Source: Sphagnum compactum (lineage: Eukaryota). From it: 64,000 nucleotides of DNA. Position numbers and translations under genes: made by a program. The notes beneath the pieces were generated by a model that was not told the origin of the DNA, searched no databases, and was given only the letters and a program-made list of their open reading frames with translations. Positions 24,650-37,700 of this stretch are shown here, one piece after another; within the stretch, counting starts at the first letter, position 1; each line of letters opens with the position of its first letter. The DNA lies in contig OZ234494.1 of the NCBI GenBank assembly GCA_965153455.1, forward strand, positions 7,192,001-7,256,000, written 5' to 3'.

Positions 24650-26330
24650 TCCACATTTGTCAACCTTTCCCAAAAACATTTGGTCAAAATAATACATTTC
24701 TGTCGAAGGTGAAAGCACACTAAAGTGTAACATTTTGGATGTCGGAGTATCCATTTTTCACAGTTTTTAAACTTTCAATAGTAGTTTATTCCAATTGATA
24801 TGTGCGAATGATGAAATGGGACTCATGTCAAGAATGAACTCATACATTGAAACACTATGTTAAAATTTCATGGTCAAGTCTTTGATATTCAATTTGTTAT
24901 GGACTTTTAAAGTTGTACAAAAACACCTATATGATCAAAGATAAATTCAATGGACTCAATACACCTTGATATAATGTTCTTCATAAATAAATGACTCAAT
25001 GGTAATATAGTATTGTGGCAAATTGATATTAAATAAGGCAATTTGAAAAGATTTGAGGATTCAATTTTGAGATGTATATCAAGTATGAAGCTTCTGAAAG
25101 ATGCTCGTATTTCAAGTATAAGATTACCATAAAATAAGCTAAAGATGCTTAAATCCTTATGGAAAATTGTTTTATATCACCTTGCCACATGGCCCATTTG
25201 ATTCAAAATATCTTGTTTTTGCCTGTTTTTGTCATACCTTCCTAGTGTATTTTATCTCATAATGGATTAAAATGGACTTGCATGATGTGTCAGTTTTGTT
25301 CCATCTTGGTGTGCTTTCACCCTTGACCTCCTTGTGTAATCAAAACATAAATATATATCAAGTTTTCACAATTTTTTTCATTTTTGGTAACATATTGACA
25401 AGCTTTGGAAAATGCATGCCCAATGCAAGTGCCTTGATAACTTTCTTCAAAACCTAAAATGTCATAAGTTACAACTACCTTTAATATAATAGTCATTGTG
25501 TTCAAATTAGATCTTTCATTTTAAACATGAACAATAAATTTTATTAAGAGTTATATTTTTTTAATAATTCAATCAAATTCTTGGCCAAGTCTTCCATGAA
25601 ATATCTATAACTTCAAAAAGACCAAGTGTAACATGTTTTGGCTACCAATTAGCTCTTAAGAAAACAATCACAAGGGAAAATTGTCATGAATTCCTTTTGA
25701 CATCCAAAGATCAAAGTTCACTATTGCAAAAGTATATTACACCAAAGCTAGTAAAATATATAAATGTTTAGTTTTTCCCACCAACTCAACAAACATCTCT
25801 TGTGAAAATTAATTTTTGGAAAGAAAAACAAATCTTGGACACAAATGCAAACATAGGCATTTCATCCATAGACTTTCCACAAAATTACATGGGCAAATGA
25901 TTTTTAACAATCAATGTAAGCCCATATCCTCAAGGAATAATTTCTACTACATCTTATCCTTTTGGAAAAATTCTTTGACACCAAAAAATTTGAGAATTGC
26001 ATTGCCAATGGATTTGATTTTTTTTGGTTACTTATCTGTCCATTTCTTTTCTCAATGGATTGTATATTTGCTCCTCAAACATTTTTGCAACAAAAAGTTT
26101 GCATTCACATGTCCTTTTGATGTTATTATTCTATTTGTTGTATTGTATATGATCACACATTTCCTTACTTGAATTTCAAGGTTACAAAACAAGACTAGAC
26201 TATTGTAACACAAAATACATTTCATGGTTTGAGAGCATTTCACATCAACATTTTTGTTGTCATTCACATAGAAAAACCAACATAAACATGTGATTTCCAC
26301 ATTTTCCTTTGAACATGTAATTTTCAAAGT
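24650..26330 (-). mobile_element. Degenerate hAT-like transposase (BED-finger-like N-terminus and catalytic-region fragments)
   Basis: CWFFYVNDNK...MKCILCYN...IIYNTTNRIITSKGHV (BED-like finger) and LGFEESYQGTCIGHAFSKACQYVT (CxxH motif). Many stops and frameshifts. Confidence 0.65.
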
Positions 26331-26489
26331 TATCAACATTAGCCTTGTCACATCATGCCAGTTTAAGTTCAACGTAGGGTCAATGTAGGTCAAAGCAATA
26401 ACTTTTCATGTAGGGGTAAAACATTTACTCGAATGGCAACTGAAAATTATGATTGTAAAAGAATAAAAATCTAAACTGTTAAATCCAAT

Positions 26490-27410
26490 GACTTGAATTT
26501 GGTCTTGCCATTTCAATAGCCAAGAGTTTTGGTCAACCAGTCCACACCTTGATCCCAATTTGACAATTTAAAACTGATCACCAGTGCAAAAAAAAATAAA
26601 AATTAAAATAATTTAATAATTTAGAACATTAAAAAATGGTGATTTGATTTTGGTCATCATTTGAACGACTAGGATTTTTTTATTAACATGTCCACATCTT
26701 AGTCATAATCCAACCTAAATCTAGTTTCTTGTGTGGGAATTTTTTTTTAAAAATGTGGATTATTAAAAGTTATCAACCTAAATTTAGTTGCCTTCTCAAT
26801 GGCCATGACTTTTCAGTTGATTGATCCACACCCTAGTTGCAATCCAATGACCTACATTTGGTCATTAATGTAGGAAAAAAAAGTTGATTTTTTTTTTAAC
26901 CATTATAAAATGGCAACTAGATTTCAATCACCATCTGAATGGCCAAGATTTTTTGGTCAACCTATCCTCACCTTAGTCACAATCCAACAAATTAAATATG
27001 GTTGCTAATGCGTAAAAAAAACTAAAAAAAATATGGACTGTTAGAAAATGACACCTTGATTTTGACCATCATTTCAACGACTAGGATTTTTTGATCAACT
27101 GGTCCACACTTTGATCGTAATGAGGCAACTTAAATTTGGTCATTTCTAAGAAAAAAACTGAAAAAAAATCTAGTCTATTGAAAAATGGTGACCTAATTTC
27201 AATTGCCATCTCAATGGCTATAGATTTTCAGTTGATGAATCCACACTTTAATCATAGTCAAGCAACCTAAATCCAATTGCTTGTGTGAAAAAAATTTGAA
27301 CCATTAAAACATGGTGACTTGATTTCGTTCGTTATTTCAGCGGCCATGATTTTCAGTCATAACCGATCCACACCCTGATTGGTGTTTAATGATTGAAATA
27401 TGGTCACAAA
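26490..27410. repeat. Degenerate tandem array, ~7 units of ~135-150 bp
   Basis: Repeated ...ATGGTGA...TCATCATT/CCATCTCAATGGCCA..GATTTT..GTCAAC...TCCACAC(C/T)TT.. cores, with TCCACAC-like sites at about 26541, 26690, 26825, 26965, 27102, 27240 and 27367. Confidence 0.75.
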
Positions 27411-28790
27411 ATGATTTATTGATGAAATATAGATTTTTATAAATAATAATGAAAGTATTAATAATTAATAATTAAACTTACCTACATATTAAAAAAATCA
27501 TATTTTTATTTTTATTGTGGGAACGTTTAGTCAACATCAGTGTTGACTCAACAAACTGACGCATCACAACTAACATTGATGTGACAACCCACACAAAAAT
27601 GGCACATCATGTTAGTTTTAACAACCTTAGTAATTTTATTTTATTTTTTCATTTATTTAATTTTAGTTTTTAAATTTTGGCTACTTTTTGTTTGAAGACT
27701 AAGGTTTATTTCACATTCTTACACATTCTTTTTCCATGACATCAATCATGAACATTTCACGTGTATTTTCAGTTATCATATTTCCATTTTTAGAAGATTA
27801 GATCATTTTCAATTTTCACAAAAGAATGCAACTCTAAAATATTAAAAAACCAAACAAATGTATGATAAACAAATACACCAAAACCTACCCTACAAACTAA
27901 AATGCAAGCATTTACAAAAAAAATTTACAAATTGTTCCTCAATTGTTTTGGTAAACATATGCAAATAAAACATGTTTAAATGTTAATATTAGACTCATTT
28001 GAAAAATCTTGAAAAAAAATAACAAGGTTGTAATTAAACAACCCAAAAAATATTTTCTTTGAAACAAACAAGAAATTAAAAAAAGAAAAAGAAAATAATA
28101 ACAAGGCAAACAAAAGCAAGAAATGGAAAAAAAAATAAAAAACAAAAAACAAAAAAGTGGAAAGACTTACCTTTTCCCATTTCAAATATATTATGATGCA
28201 TGTGTTAAAGTCTAAAGAGTATAACAATGGGATTGCAAAAATCACATTTCAATTATTTAATTTGGTTTGAATTTGAACTTGAATTTACCTTAAAAGAAGA
28301 CATACTAATAGGTGCAAATAATGCCCAAGCTATGGCATTACGACTTTCAATTTTCCAATAATCACTACTATAGATCATGATTTTTAAAATTTTAAAATTA
28401 ACTAATTTGTCATTTTTGACTAATGGACATGTACATTTTGATTATAGGTTAAGGACTTGAATGACACATGTATTTTTTGACTTTATGGGTTTTTTTTATA
28501 CATATAATCAAGTTGTACAACCTTAATCAAAATGGCCAATGGTCTTTAATCAAGTGGAACATTTAGTTAAAATGACCAATGATTTTTAATCAAATGAAAC
28601 ATTTAGTCAAGATTATAATGATTTTTAGTCAAAATGGTCGATAGTTTTTAGTCAAAATGGCCAATGGTTTATAATCAAATGAAAATTTAATCAAGATTAC
28701 AAGAACATTAATCAAACATTACAAGAAATCGTGGTTTTTTGACTGGGAATTTCAATTAAAAAATCCCCCTATGGTTTTTTTGCCCCCCAT

Positions 28791-31385
28791 CACTAAAAGA
28801 AAAACAAGTACTTCAACTGGTCTTTGTGGTTAAAATTTAGTCGTAAGTGACATTTGCGACTGAAATCTCATTAATCACCTTAGACAAGTCACATGCAATA
28901 TTAATCGTAAATGACAAAAGGTATTGTATGAAAGAAAAAATCAACAAATACAAGTTCATCCTTTGACTCCATTATATACATATTGTCACATGCAACTCAG
29001 ATGCAATTATTTTGGTCACAATTGAAAGCAAATGATGTGTTGCCATGTGTCTTAATATTTAATTATTTAAAATATAATTATTATTACTATTTTGAAATAA
29101 TTTAAAACGTTCAATTCAAATGTTTGGATGATTCTATATTATGACATGTGGCCCAATGTACATATGCCACGTGGCATTTTGAAATGAATTTAATACAAAA
29201 TATTAATATTAGGTTGCTAAGTACTTAAGTAGGTATATAAATAGGTGTTTACAAATTTAAGTCACACCTACCTACCTACTTAAGTAAAAAGGTAGGTTGG
29301 TAGGTAGGTCTTACCTTCTTAAGCTAAATACCTACTCATATAAATTGGTACTTAGGTAGGTAGGTACATAGGTTGATTTAAGTGGGTAGGTTAAACTAAG
29401 TACCTACCTTGCATAAGTTGGGGAGGTAGGTAGTTTAAAATTGTGCATTACTTTATTTTATTTTTTGGGTTAAGCCTTTCAATTGGTTCATCCCATGTGC
29501 ACAAATTTTTTAATGTGATATTGGATGACCACACCCCTTATTTATATAGTGTTCAAAATAGAAATGCAGAACAAACAATATGAAATAAGTTTTGAAATTA
29601 CAATTTTTTCACAAACTAAGTTACAATTCCAAAACTTTCCTCATGCCTTTGCTTTTAATTTTTAGATTTATAAACAATTACAATACATGGCTCACTATAT
29701 AATTACATAATCATTATCAACTACTTAAATTAATAATAATTTCTTAATATTAACTAACTAGCTATGTAGTTATTCAGAATTGTCAACACATAAATCATAG
29801 ATAAATGAATAACTATATATATATATATGTTTTTTTTATTACTCTTCAAAATATGGCCGAATAACAGATAATTTATTTAATGTAAAATAATATAATTACT
29901 GTAATTTAAAAACTAAAAAATCAAATTACTTTATAATAATTCCTGAAATTACAATCATTACAATAATTATTTTAACTACATTTTAATTTATCCAAAATTT
30001 TAATTCAGATTTAAAGTTATAAATTACAGATTGTGAATAATTATGTTCAATTAGAAAAAATAATTATTTATATACTATAATTAATTCTTATTTGAAATAA
30101 CTACAAATGATTTTAAAGTAATGTGACATTAATTATAGTAATTCATTTCTTTTACTATAAGAACATAAAATATATAAAGTAAAAATCTATGTTTTAAAAA
30201 TAATTATTTAGTATATAACTTATAATTAGTAGACCTAATTATTTATAAAGTGATTCATTATGGATAACACTAGTAGAAAAAACCCTTAAAACTCAATCAA
30301 TAGTTTTCTGAATTGAAATATTAATTTTAGATTCCAAACAAATAAATTCAGAATTCAAATATCAATTTTTAAATCAAATAAGTCTTTTGAATTTAAATAA
30401 CAAATTTCAGAATTGAAATGTCAAATTCAGATTCAAATAACTATATTCAAAATTGAAATGTCCACTTTTCGACCAACTAATAATTTTCTGAATGGAAATA
30501 TTAATTTTGAGAATCCAAAATAATAATTCGGAATTGCAATTTCAAGTTTCAAATCAAATAAGTTTTTTAAATTTCAATTTAAGAACTCAGAATATAAATA
30601 TTATTTTTTGAATCAAAAATAATAATTTAGAATTTATATATCAATTTTGAGATCAAATAAACTTTTTGAATTTAAATAATTTTTTTCAAAATTCAAATAA
30701 TTCTTTAAAAATTGTAATATAATTTTTAGGATCATTGTTTTAAAAAATTCAGAATTTAAATATTAATTTCAAATTCAAATAACTAAACAAATAATTCCAA
30801 TAACAATTTTGAATATTAAAACAACAATTTTCAAATTCGAAATTTTTTTACTTTAATAATTGAAAAATGAATTCCAATAGCAATTTTCGGAATTGAAACA
30901 TCAATTTTAATGTTGAAATATAATTTTCATAATTCGAATTATAATTTTAGACTCAAACATATATTTCTGAATAAAACTAACAATTCTAAGAATTCATATT
31001 TAAAACTTCAAATTCAAATATTGATTTTTAGATTCAAATAAATTTTTTCAAAATTGGAATAACAATTTTTCAAATTCAAATATAATTTTAATACATACAT
31101 AAAATACACCCCTATGTCATCATAGAATACCTTTAAGATGCAACTAATTTGGTGATAATTACAACTAATGGGACATATCAATATATTAATGGACAAAAAT
31201 TAACTTAAAAACCATACAATCGATAGAATGAAGTTTCCAATAGTTACATCATAGTTGTAAGAATGACCAAAATGGTTGAAATTTGATCTTATAGTTGTAA
31301 AGACTTCCAAACTTAGTCACAAACAATTACAAGTCTCATGTAGTCACAAACGGGATGGTTCCATTTTGGCTGATTTCTACTAATG
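28791..31385. mobile_element. Non-autonomous CACTA (CMC/EnSpm) element with 3-bp TSD, nested in another CACTA-like element starting at 28363
   Basis: Left end CACTAAAAGAAA (28791). Right end TTTCTACTAATG (ends 31385; reverse complement CATTAGTAGAAA). Both sides are flanked by CAT. TAGTC(G/A)/TAGTTG subterminal motifs lie near both ends, and a further internal CACTAGTAGAAAA terminus is at 30268. Confidence 0.65.
30290..31090. repeat. AT-rich degenerate ~20-bp minisatellite
   Basis: Many diverged AATTTTCAGAATTCAAAT-like units following the CACTAGTAGAAAA terminus at 30268. Confidence 0.6.
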
Positions 31386-32299
31386 CATGTCCAACTTGAC
31401 CAAAATGTCATTTTGAACAAATCGATTTAGACACAATCGTTTTGATTAAGTCTTTTTGGTTGGTTTTTTTTATTAGGTTTTTTTACCAAGTTTTGTTTAA
31501 TAAACCATCATGACAATAATATAATTTAGGCAATGACCAAAAATATATATTATTTCAATTCTTTTATTTAAAATTAATATGAAAATATTAGTAATTAATT
31601 ACCTAACTAACTTTACCTACTTTCAAGGTTGTCAAAATCGGCATGACGTGCCCATTTTGCATTAGGCATCACGTTAGTGTCCGTTTTAACACGTCCATTG
31701 CATCCATTAGGATGAATGTAAAAAAAATCTTTCATCATACTCGAACTACCCCATTATGATTAGTGACCGAAAAGGGATTTCGGTCACTAATCTTGGGGCG
31801 ATTGAAAATTTTCTATCGCTATCTTTTTAGAATGTCACTATGGCCTTACCATTTAAATGAAAACATATCTTAAGGCAAAAGAAAAATTATGGAAATTCCA
31901 ATATTTCACCATGCAAAAATGTAATCTTCAAAAAAACAAATCCTCTAAAAGAAACCAAACTCTTTCAAAATATCACAACTCTATCATTAATCCCAAATTC
32001 CTACACGAGCCAAAATATCATTTTTCAAAAATCCTCACATAAAAATAGACCTACTACATGTGGGCCAAAATCCATTAAGCTATTATACTCTATATAATGA
32101 ATCTAAACACAATATCCTCACCTTGGTAGGCAATGCTAAAAATTTGTGTTTTATAATGATGATAAAACACAAATTTGGACACAAATTTCAAATGTGTAAA
32201 GAAGATATATTCACAAATCTCAAATTTGATTATGCATGACAACATGATTCATTTACAAAATTGGGATTTATAAGATTCACAGGTCCAAAACATGTCATG

Positions 32300-34006
32300 T
32301 TTGAAAGATCATGCAAATTACACCATATTCCATATCTAGCAATTACAAATTGTCTATGGCTACCTTCGATAACACTTTTCAGGTGTAGTCCAATTATATG
32401 GAGGCCCCATCAATGTGCACATGGTGTGTTGAATAGTTCTTCATGCCTTTGGATTTGGGTCATAAATGTCATGGATCAGTTTCCCAAATGACATCTTGGT
32501 TGAATTGTCCACAAAATATTTTGCATCCCAATCATCACCCCATATGACATTTGTTGGCCTATCCACTAAATTTGTTTTAGACTTCAAAGTTGTGGCGTGT
32601 TGCTTGGCCGTTTGTCAAAGGGAATTTGTAATTCCTAACTTGCTATAAAACAAAAACAATTCTAGGGCAACCCACCAATGCAATTTTTTTGCGTTGGTGG
32701 CATCTTGCTCCTTTGCAAAGCCATACAATGATGGCATCACCCCTTGCAAATGCATGGCTTCACCCCAATCACACATGCCTATGTACACAACATCTAGTTT
32801 GTCTGTCAAAAAATGCAACATAATGTTGTTCTTAGACAAGTCATTGTGCAAAATTCCACAATGATGTACATACTACATTCATAATGTTTATGAATGCCCA
32901 TGCCAACTTCACACGATTTCGCCTGAAGCTGATGCCTTCTCATGTTCGCCCTTCCATATCTAGCCCCCCCTTGCCACAATAATGTATGATTATTAGTAAT
33001 GGGGGAATTTTTGTGTTGTAATCCAACATTTCTCGAAGAGTTCCCCCATTCCACCATAATGTGTATGCCTCCATGGTCTCTGTGTGGATGGCAAGGAATT
33101 TGATGACACCTAGATGTTTGCATGGGCATGCCAAGGCTTTGACTAATCATTGCTTACATGTTTTTCACTTATCATTTGTCTTCGGTGTCTTCCCCGCCAA
33201 TTCAATTGTGCTTGGGATGTAAATGAATATTTCAATTCGAACCTTGTGCACCACACCAGAATCACCTTGACTATCTCCACTTAACAATGGGAGCACATTT
33301 GTTATGCTTAAAATCCATAACACATCACAACTTCCAATTTGGGCTAGAAGGTTTCAAGCACCTTCTGCCATCCATGGTGTAAGCTTAACCTTTTTTTTCA
33401 ACCAATTTTTGAAGAATTTAACTTACCATGAAATTTTCTCTCACAAGCTCACCACCTCCATGGTCTAATGCACCTTGTCCCTTTGTAGATAAAGGACATC
33501 AAACCATTGCAACAAGTTTGTGGCTAAATTTGAAATTTTACATTCAAACCATTTCAGAAACCCCTCACAAATCTGAAGTTCAATGTATTGCAAGGATTTG
33601 TTTAGTTCTACCAAAATTTTATGCTCCATGACTTGCTTATATTTCTTTAGGCCAATTCCTTGTTTGGTCACAAAAGCACTATTGAGATATGCCATTGTGT
33701 GTTTTATAAAAAATGTCATGACAATTTCCTAGAATCATTGTGTGGCGATTTGTTTAGGATCATTGTCTTCAAGCTTTTGACACTTTCGGGTTTGTGTTGA
33801 TGAAGTGTTCTCCGTACTGGACATTTCTATAACCTTTCGTTTACGCATGGTTAAAGGTGGGCAACTCAAAGGTCTAGGGGGTAAGTCCCAAATGATGTGT
33901 GGGATAACTTGTTTCGGGGGTTTCGGTTAAATTGACCGCTTGATGATTGTTTGTTTGATGGTGGTCTACCCGATGGTTGTCTACTTGATTGTCCAATTGA
34001 AGTCAT
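32300..34006 (-). pseudogene. TE-embedded protein kinase pseudogene
   Basis: GDSQGDSGVVHKV (Gly loop), IELAGKTPK (VAxK-like), CKHLGVIKFLAI, GILHNDLSKNNIMLH (catalytic loop), YIGMCDWG (DFG-like), WWVALELF (APE-like). An upstream exon ends at a GTAAGT donor (~33426). Multiple stops and frameshifts. Confidence 0.82.
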
Positions 34007-34289
34007 CTTTCAAATTTTGGATGACAAAAAACCAAAAGTCTTTCCAAACACTAATTCTTAAAAACAATTAGAGTCTCAAAAACTCAAGGTTCAATGTGAT
34101 CCAAAATATTCGCAAAATGTGAAAAAGATAGTCCTTCACCAAGGACTTGATCACTTCAACTCACCCAAGGTTCCACACAATGGTTATAAGGGGGCAATCA
34201 AAGACACAAAACCCAAATGAGAACAGAAATGCTCAAAAATAAATCATGGGTTGCATTTTAAAATTCATATACCTTGAAAAAACCTCTTC

Positions 34290-34705
34290 CAAAATCAATC
34301 GCCATCAAATGTTTACAATAAATTTGGTCGCCATCTGATGGTTCCCAAATGGCAACCAAAAATGCCAACAAATTCATTTGCAATGACCAAAACAAATAGC
34401 CACCGTTCAATGGCGACCTAATTTAACCAATGCCATCGGATGGTGATCGAATTTAGTTGCCATGTGACTATGGCAACCAAAAACCTTTCGGTCACCATAT
34501 GAAGGTGGCTTGATAAAAAAAAAATTAAGTCGCCACGCCCTCATGGTGACTGAAATGTTTTCACTCACCACGCCTATGTGACGACCGAAAACCTTTCAGT
34601 CACCACAATGTCTTTCGCCTCCCCCCACCTTTCAATTTTTTTCCCTTCTGCGCTATCCCTGCCCCCCCCCAATGACAACCGAAACCCTTTCAGTCATCAC
34701 CTTAT
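34290..34705. repeat. Cluster of short hairpin-type subterminal repeats (GGCGACCGAAA...TTTCGGTCGCC family)
   Basis: Examples: GGCAACCAAAAACCTTTCGGTCACC, GGTGACTGAAATGTTTTCACTCACC, GACGACCGAAAACCTTTCAGTCACC. A perfect 15-bp-stem version lies at 31758-31792 on the other side of the kinase. Confidence 0.65.
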
Positions 34706-37700
34706 GTGATCCTGTCATAAAAAACTAAGGTTACTAATGGAAAACTTGAATGGAGTATGTTGCGAATAAATGGAAAAATAGAAAACAATCCTTCCTTATT
34801 GGGAGCAAAATTTGATGCAATTTTGTAACACAACTAAATAACTTGCGCTCCATGTTGCTACGCACTACCATTGATGATAAACTTTTACACACATTTGGAA
34901 TTGTACAACAAAATTAGAATAAACAAAAATCAAAGGAAGATTTCTCAAAATTTTCAAAATGCAATGCATTTTCCTCTCTTACATTATACAAGTAAAAATG
35001 AAAAGAAAGGCCATGAGTGTCGTCAAAAGAAAGAAAAAAAACCATAGCAACTTCCAATAGAAAAAGAATCAAGAGATTTCAAAAGATGCATGTAACAAAA
35101 ATTTTTAAAAGTAAGAAATCCAAAAGGTTCAAAGCATATAAAAGGTCGTTACATGAAGAAATCATTCTAGTAGTTATATAACAAATTTTGAGTTAGAATA
35201 ATTCATTTTAGCCTGTTATGGAAAGGAATATGGTAGGACGAAATAGTATGGGAGCCTATTGTCATCCTACGTAAACCATTTTAGATGAAAATTCATCGTC
35301 ACTGGAATTGCAATTATATCTATTGTTTAGTGGAATAACAATTAGCTTACCCTCAAGATTACAAAGATCTTAACAACTTGAACCAATATATTCAATGATT
35401 TTTACATGTACACAAGTAAGGGATTGTCCATGCATGGCCTACCTCCAATAATCAATTCACAACATAACTACAAATTTCATGGACTACATGGTGACAAAAA
35501 TGGAAATGGAAACAATTAAATTGAAAACTTTGTCCTCAAGATTAGATTCATAAAAAACACCATAATATTTGCCAAGGAAACATTTGCAAGCTTCTAGCAC
35601 CTTTCATCCCATTGGCCAAATGAAAAACATGTTTCTTCAAAACTAACCAATAAAAGCAAGCCAAATCAGTTAAGGTGCCCCAAGCATGCCTAAAAAGGTA
35701 CACTCCTTGATATACTCCTATTTTTTTTCAACTATTTGTATAAATAAAAAACCTCAAGCCCACGCGCCCTCCATTATAAGCCAATAGGCTAATGCTCTAA
35801 GAGTAAAATAGTCAACAATGTTTTTAGGAACTATCTTGACTTCCCTAGGATAAAAGTTTAATAAAGCCAATTCAAACTAGCTGAGGGTTTGGTCTGAAAT
35901 TTTAGATATTGGTGGGCCCCTAGCTTCACCATTATTTGTCAAATGAAATGTAGATACTCTCCTTAGGAGATACATATCCCCAGAACAAGAGCTCGATATA
36001 ATGATCAAAAAGTTTAAAATATTTTTAAATATAAAAAATTAAACCACCATATATTTAAGACTATCAATATTGTACATTTTACATCCACATGTATGGTGAA
36101 AGAAAAGGATCCAAAATACAAAATATACAAAAATATATAAAGTAGATGTGGAATAGGCTTGTGATTAAGGATGAAAAAAAGTTTAAATGGCTAATCTATT
36201 TGTTAGAATGGGAGTGTTAAATTGTTTTGAATGATTAACTTTAGTAAATTGGCACTTAATAATTGTTCTAATAGGATCATAGGCTTAACCCTAGGTGCAA
36301 GAAAAAATATTGTTCAATGAGATTGTTCAAATTGATGCCTTGAATTGTTTTCAAAAGTTGCTCTAATGAACTATTGTTTAGATGTTGCATGCAAACAACA
36401 TGCAAATTGCAAGGAAATTTAAACAAGAATTTGGAATTATAACACAATTTTTAAATTTTACTTAGAGACTTTACTCAAGTGTTTTTCATATTGACACTTG
36501 TGGTGTTTGTTTATTAAAATGTCTATTCCTCTTGTTTTGATGTGGAATAGAATTCAAGACAAGTTTGAATGTTGTCTTTCCATTTGTTTGTTTTGGATGA
36601 TGCATTTGTCACCTTAGCTTTAGTTTCAACCAATCTTGGTCAATTATTGGGACTTATAAAAATTGTAATCAAATTAAGTCTAGAGTTTTTTTGGTGAAAA
36701 AGGAAGACCCTCTGGTTTTGGGTGTAAAAAATAGATTTTCAAAAATTAAAACCCATTGGTTTTGGGGTTGGTCAAATTTTCTTGACCATTGAATTTGGGT
36801 TTGATAGGTTCAACCTTTACAAGAATCTTTGATTTTAATTTAGATCATGGTTAGTTCCAACTTATTCTTGGGGATGGTTCCAAAGTTTATTTCTAAGAAA
36901 TTTTGATTTTTATGGATTTTGGTGTTCCCAAAGTGTTCCCACCAAATTCCCATGATCTTCCATTAACTTCCAAATGGGTTCCTAAAGTGTTTATATAATT
37001 TTGGACCAGACATTGATCCTACTCCTATCAAGACAAGAGGTTTTTGGATAGGAAAATAAACTAAAAATAAGCAAACACAAAACAGGAAGAAGATTGCCTT
37101 CAGGAATATAATCTTGCTTTCAATCTAGAATCAACAAAACAAACTCAAGAAATGGAAGGTATTGTGAAATCCATAATGAAAAAATGGGAGGGGGGCTAGA
37201 GGGTAACTACTTTCCAATCCCTAAAAAATACCTAATTGAACCAAAAATACCATCATAATTATTTGTCCCCTCTGTTAGAGTTGATGCCTTCCACCAACTA
37301 TTTGTAAGCTATTCTTATCGTCTTGCTGCAATTACCTTCCAACAAGTTATTAATTTCCAAAGGGAGTGTGTGAAGGTTATAGAACTTGATGTGTTTTGTT
37401 TTATTATAAATATGTTAGAAGTATTGTTCTTTCTTCTAACATACAATCTTTACTCCATTCCTCCATAATCTCCTCATACATGAATGAGAAGAATTTTCCT
37501 CCTAATCCCTCTCCTTTATAAACCACACAAGGATCCACCCAAACAAATAAGTCCTTATCATAATCCTTTCACAATCTTTTATATTTGATTAGTAGATAAA
37601 ATGTTAAGTTTCACCCATTCCCATGGGTTAACTTACCCAATGGCTTCACTTTCTAAATAAACTAGAAGACAATAAGTATGTTTATCACTAGTAACTACCT

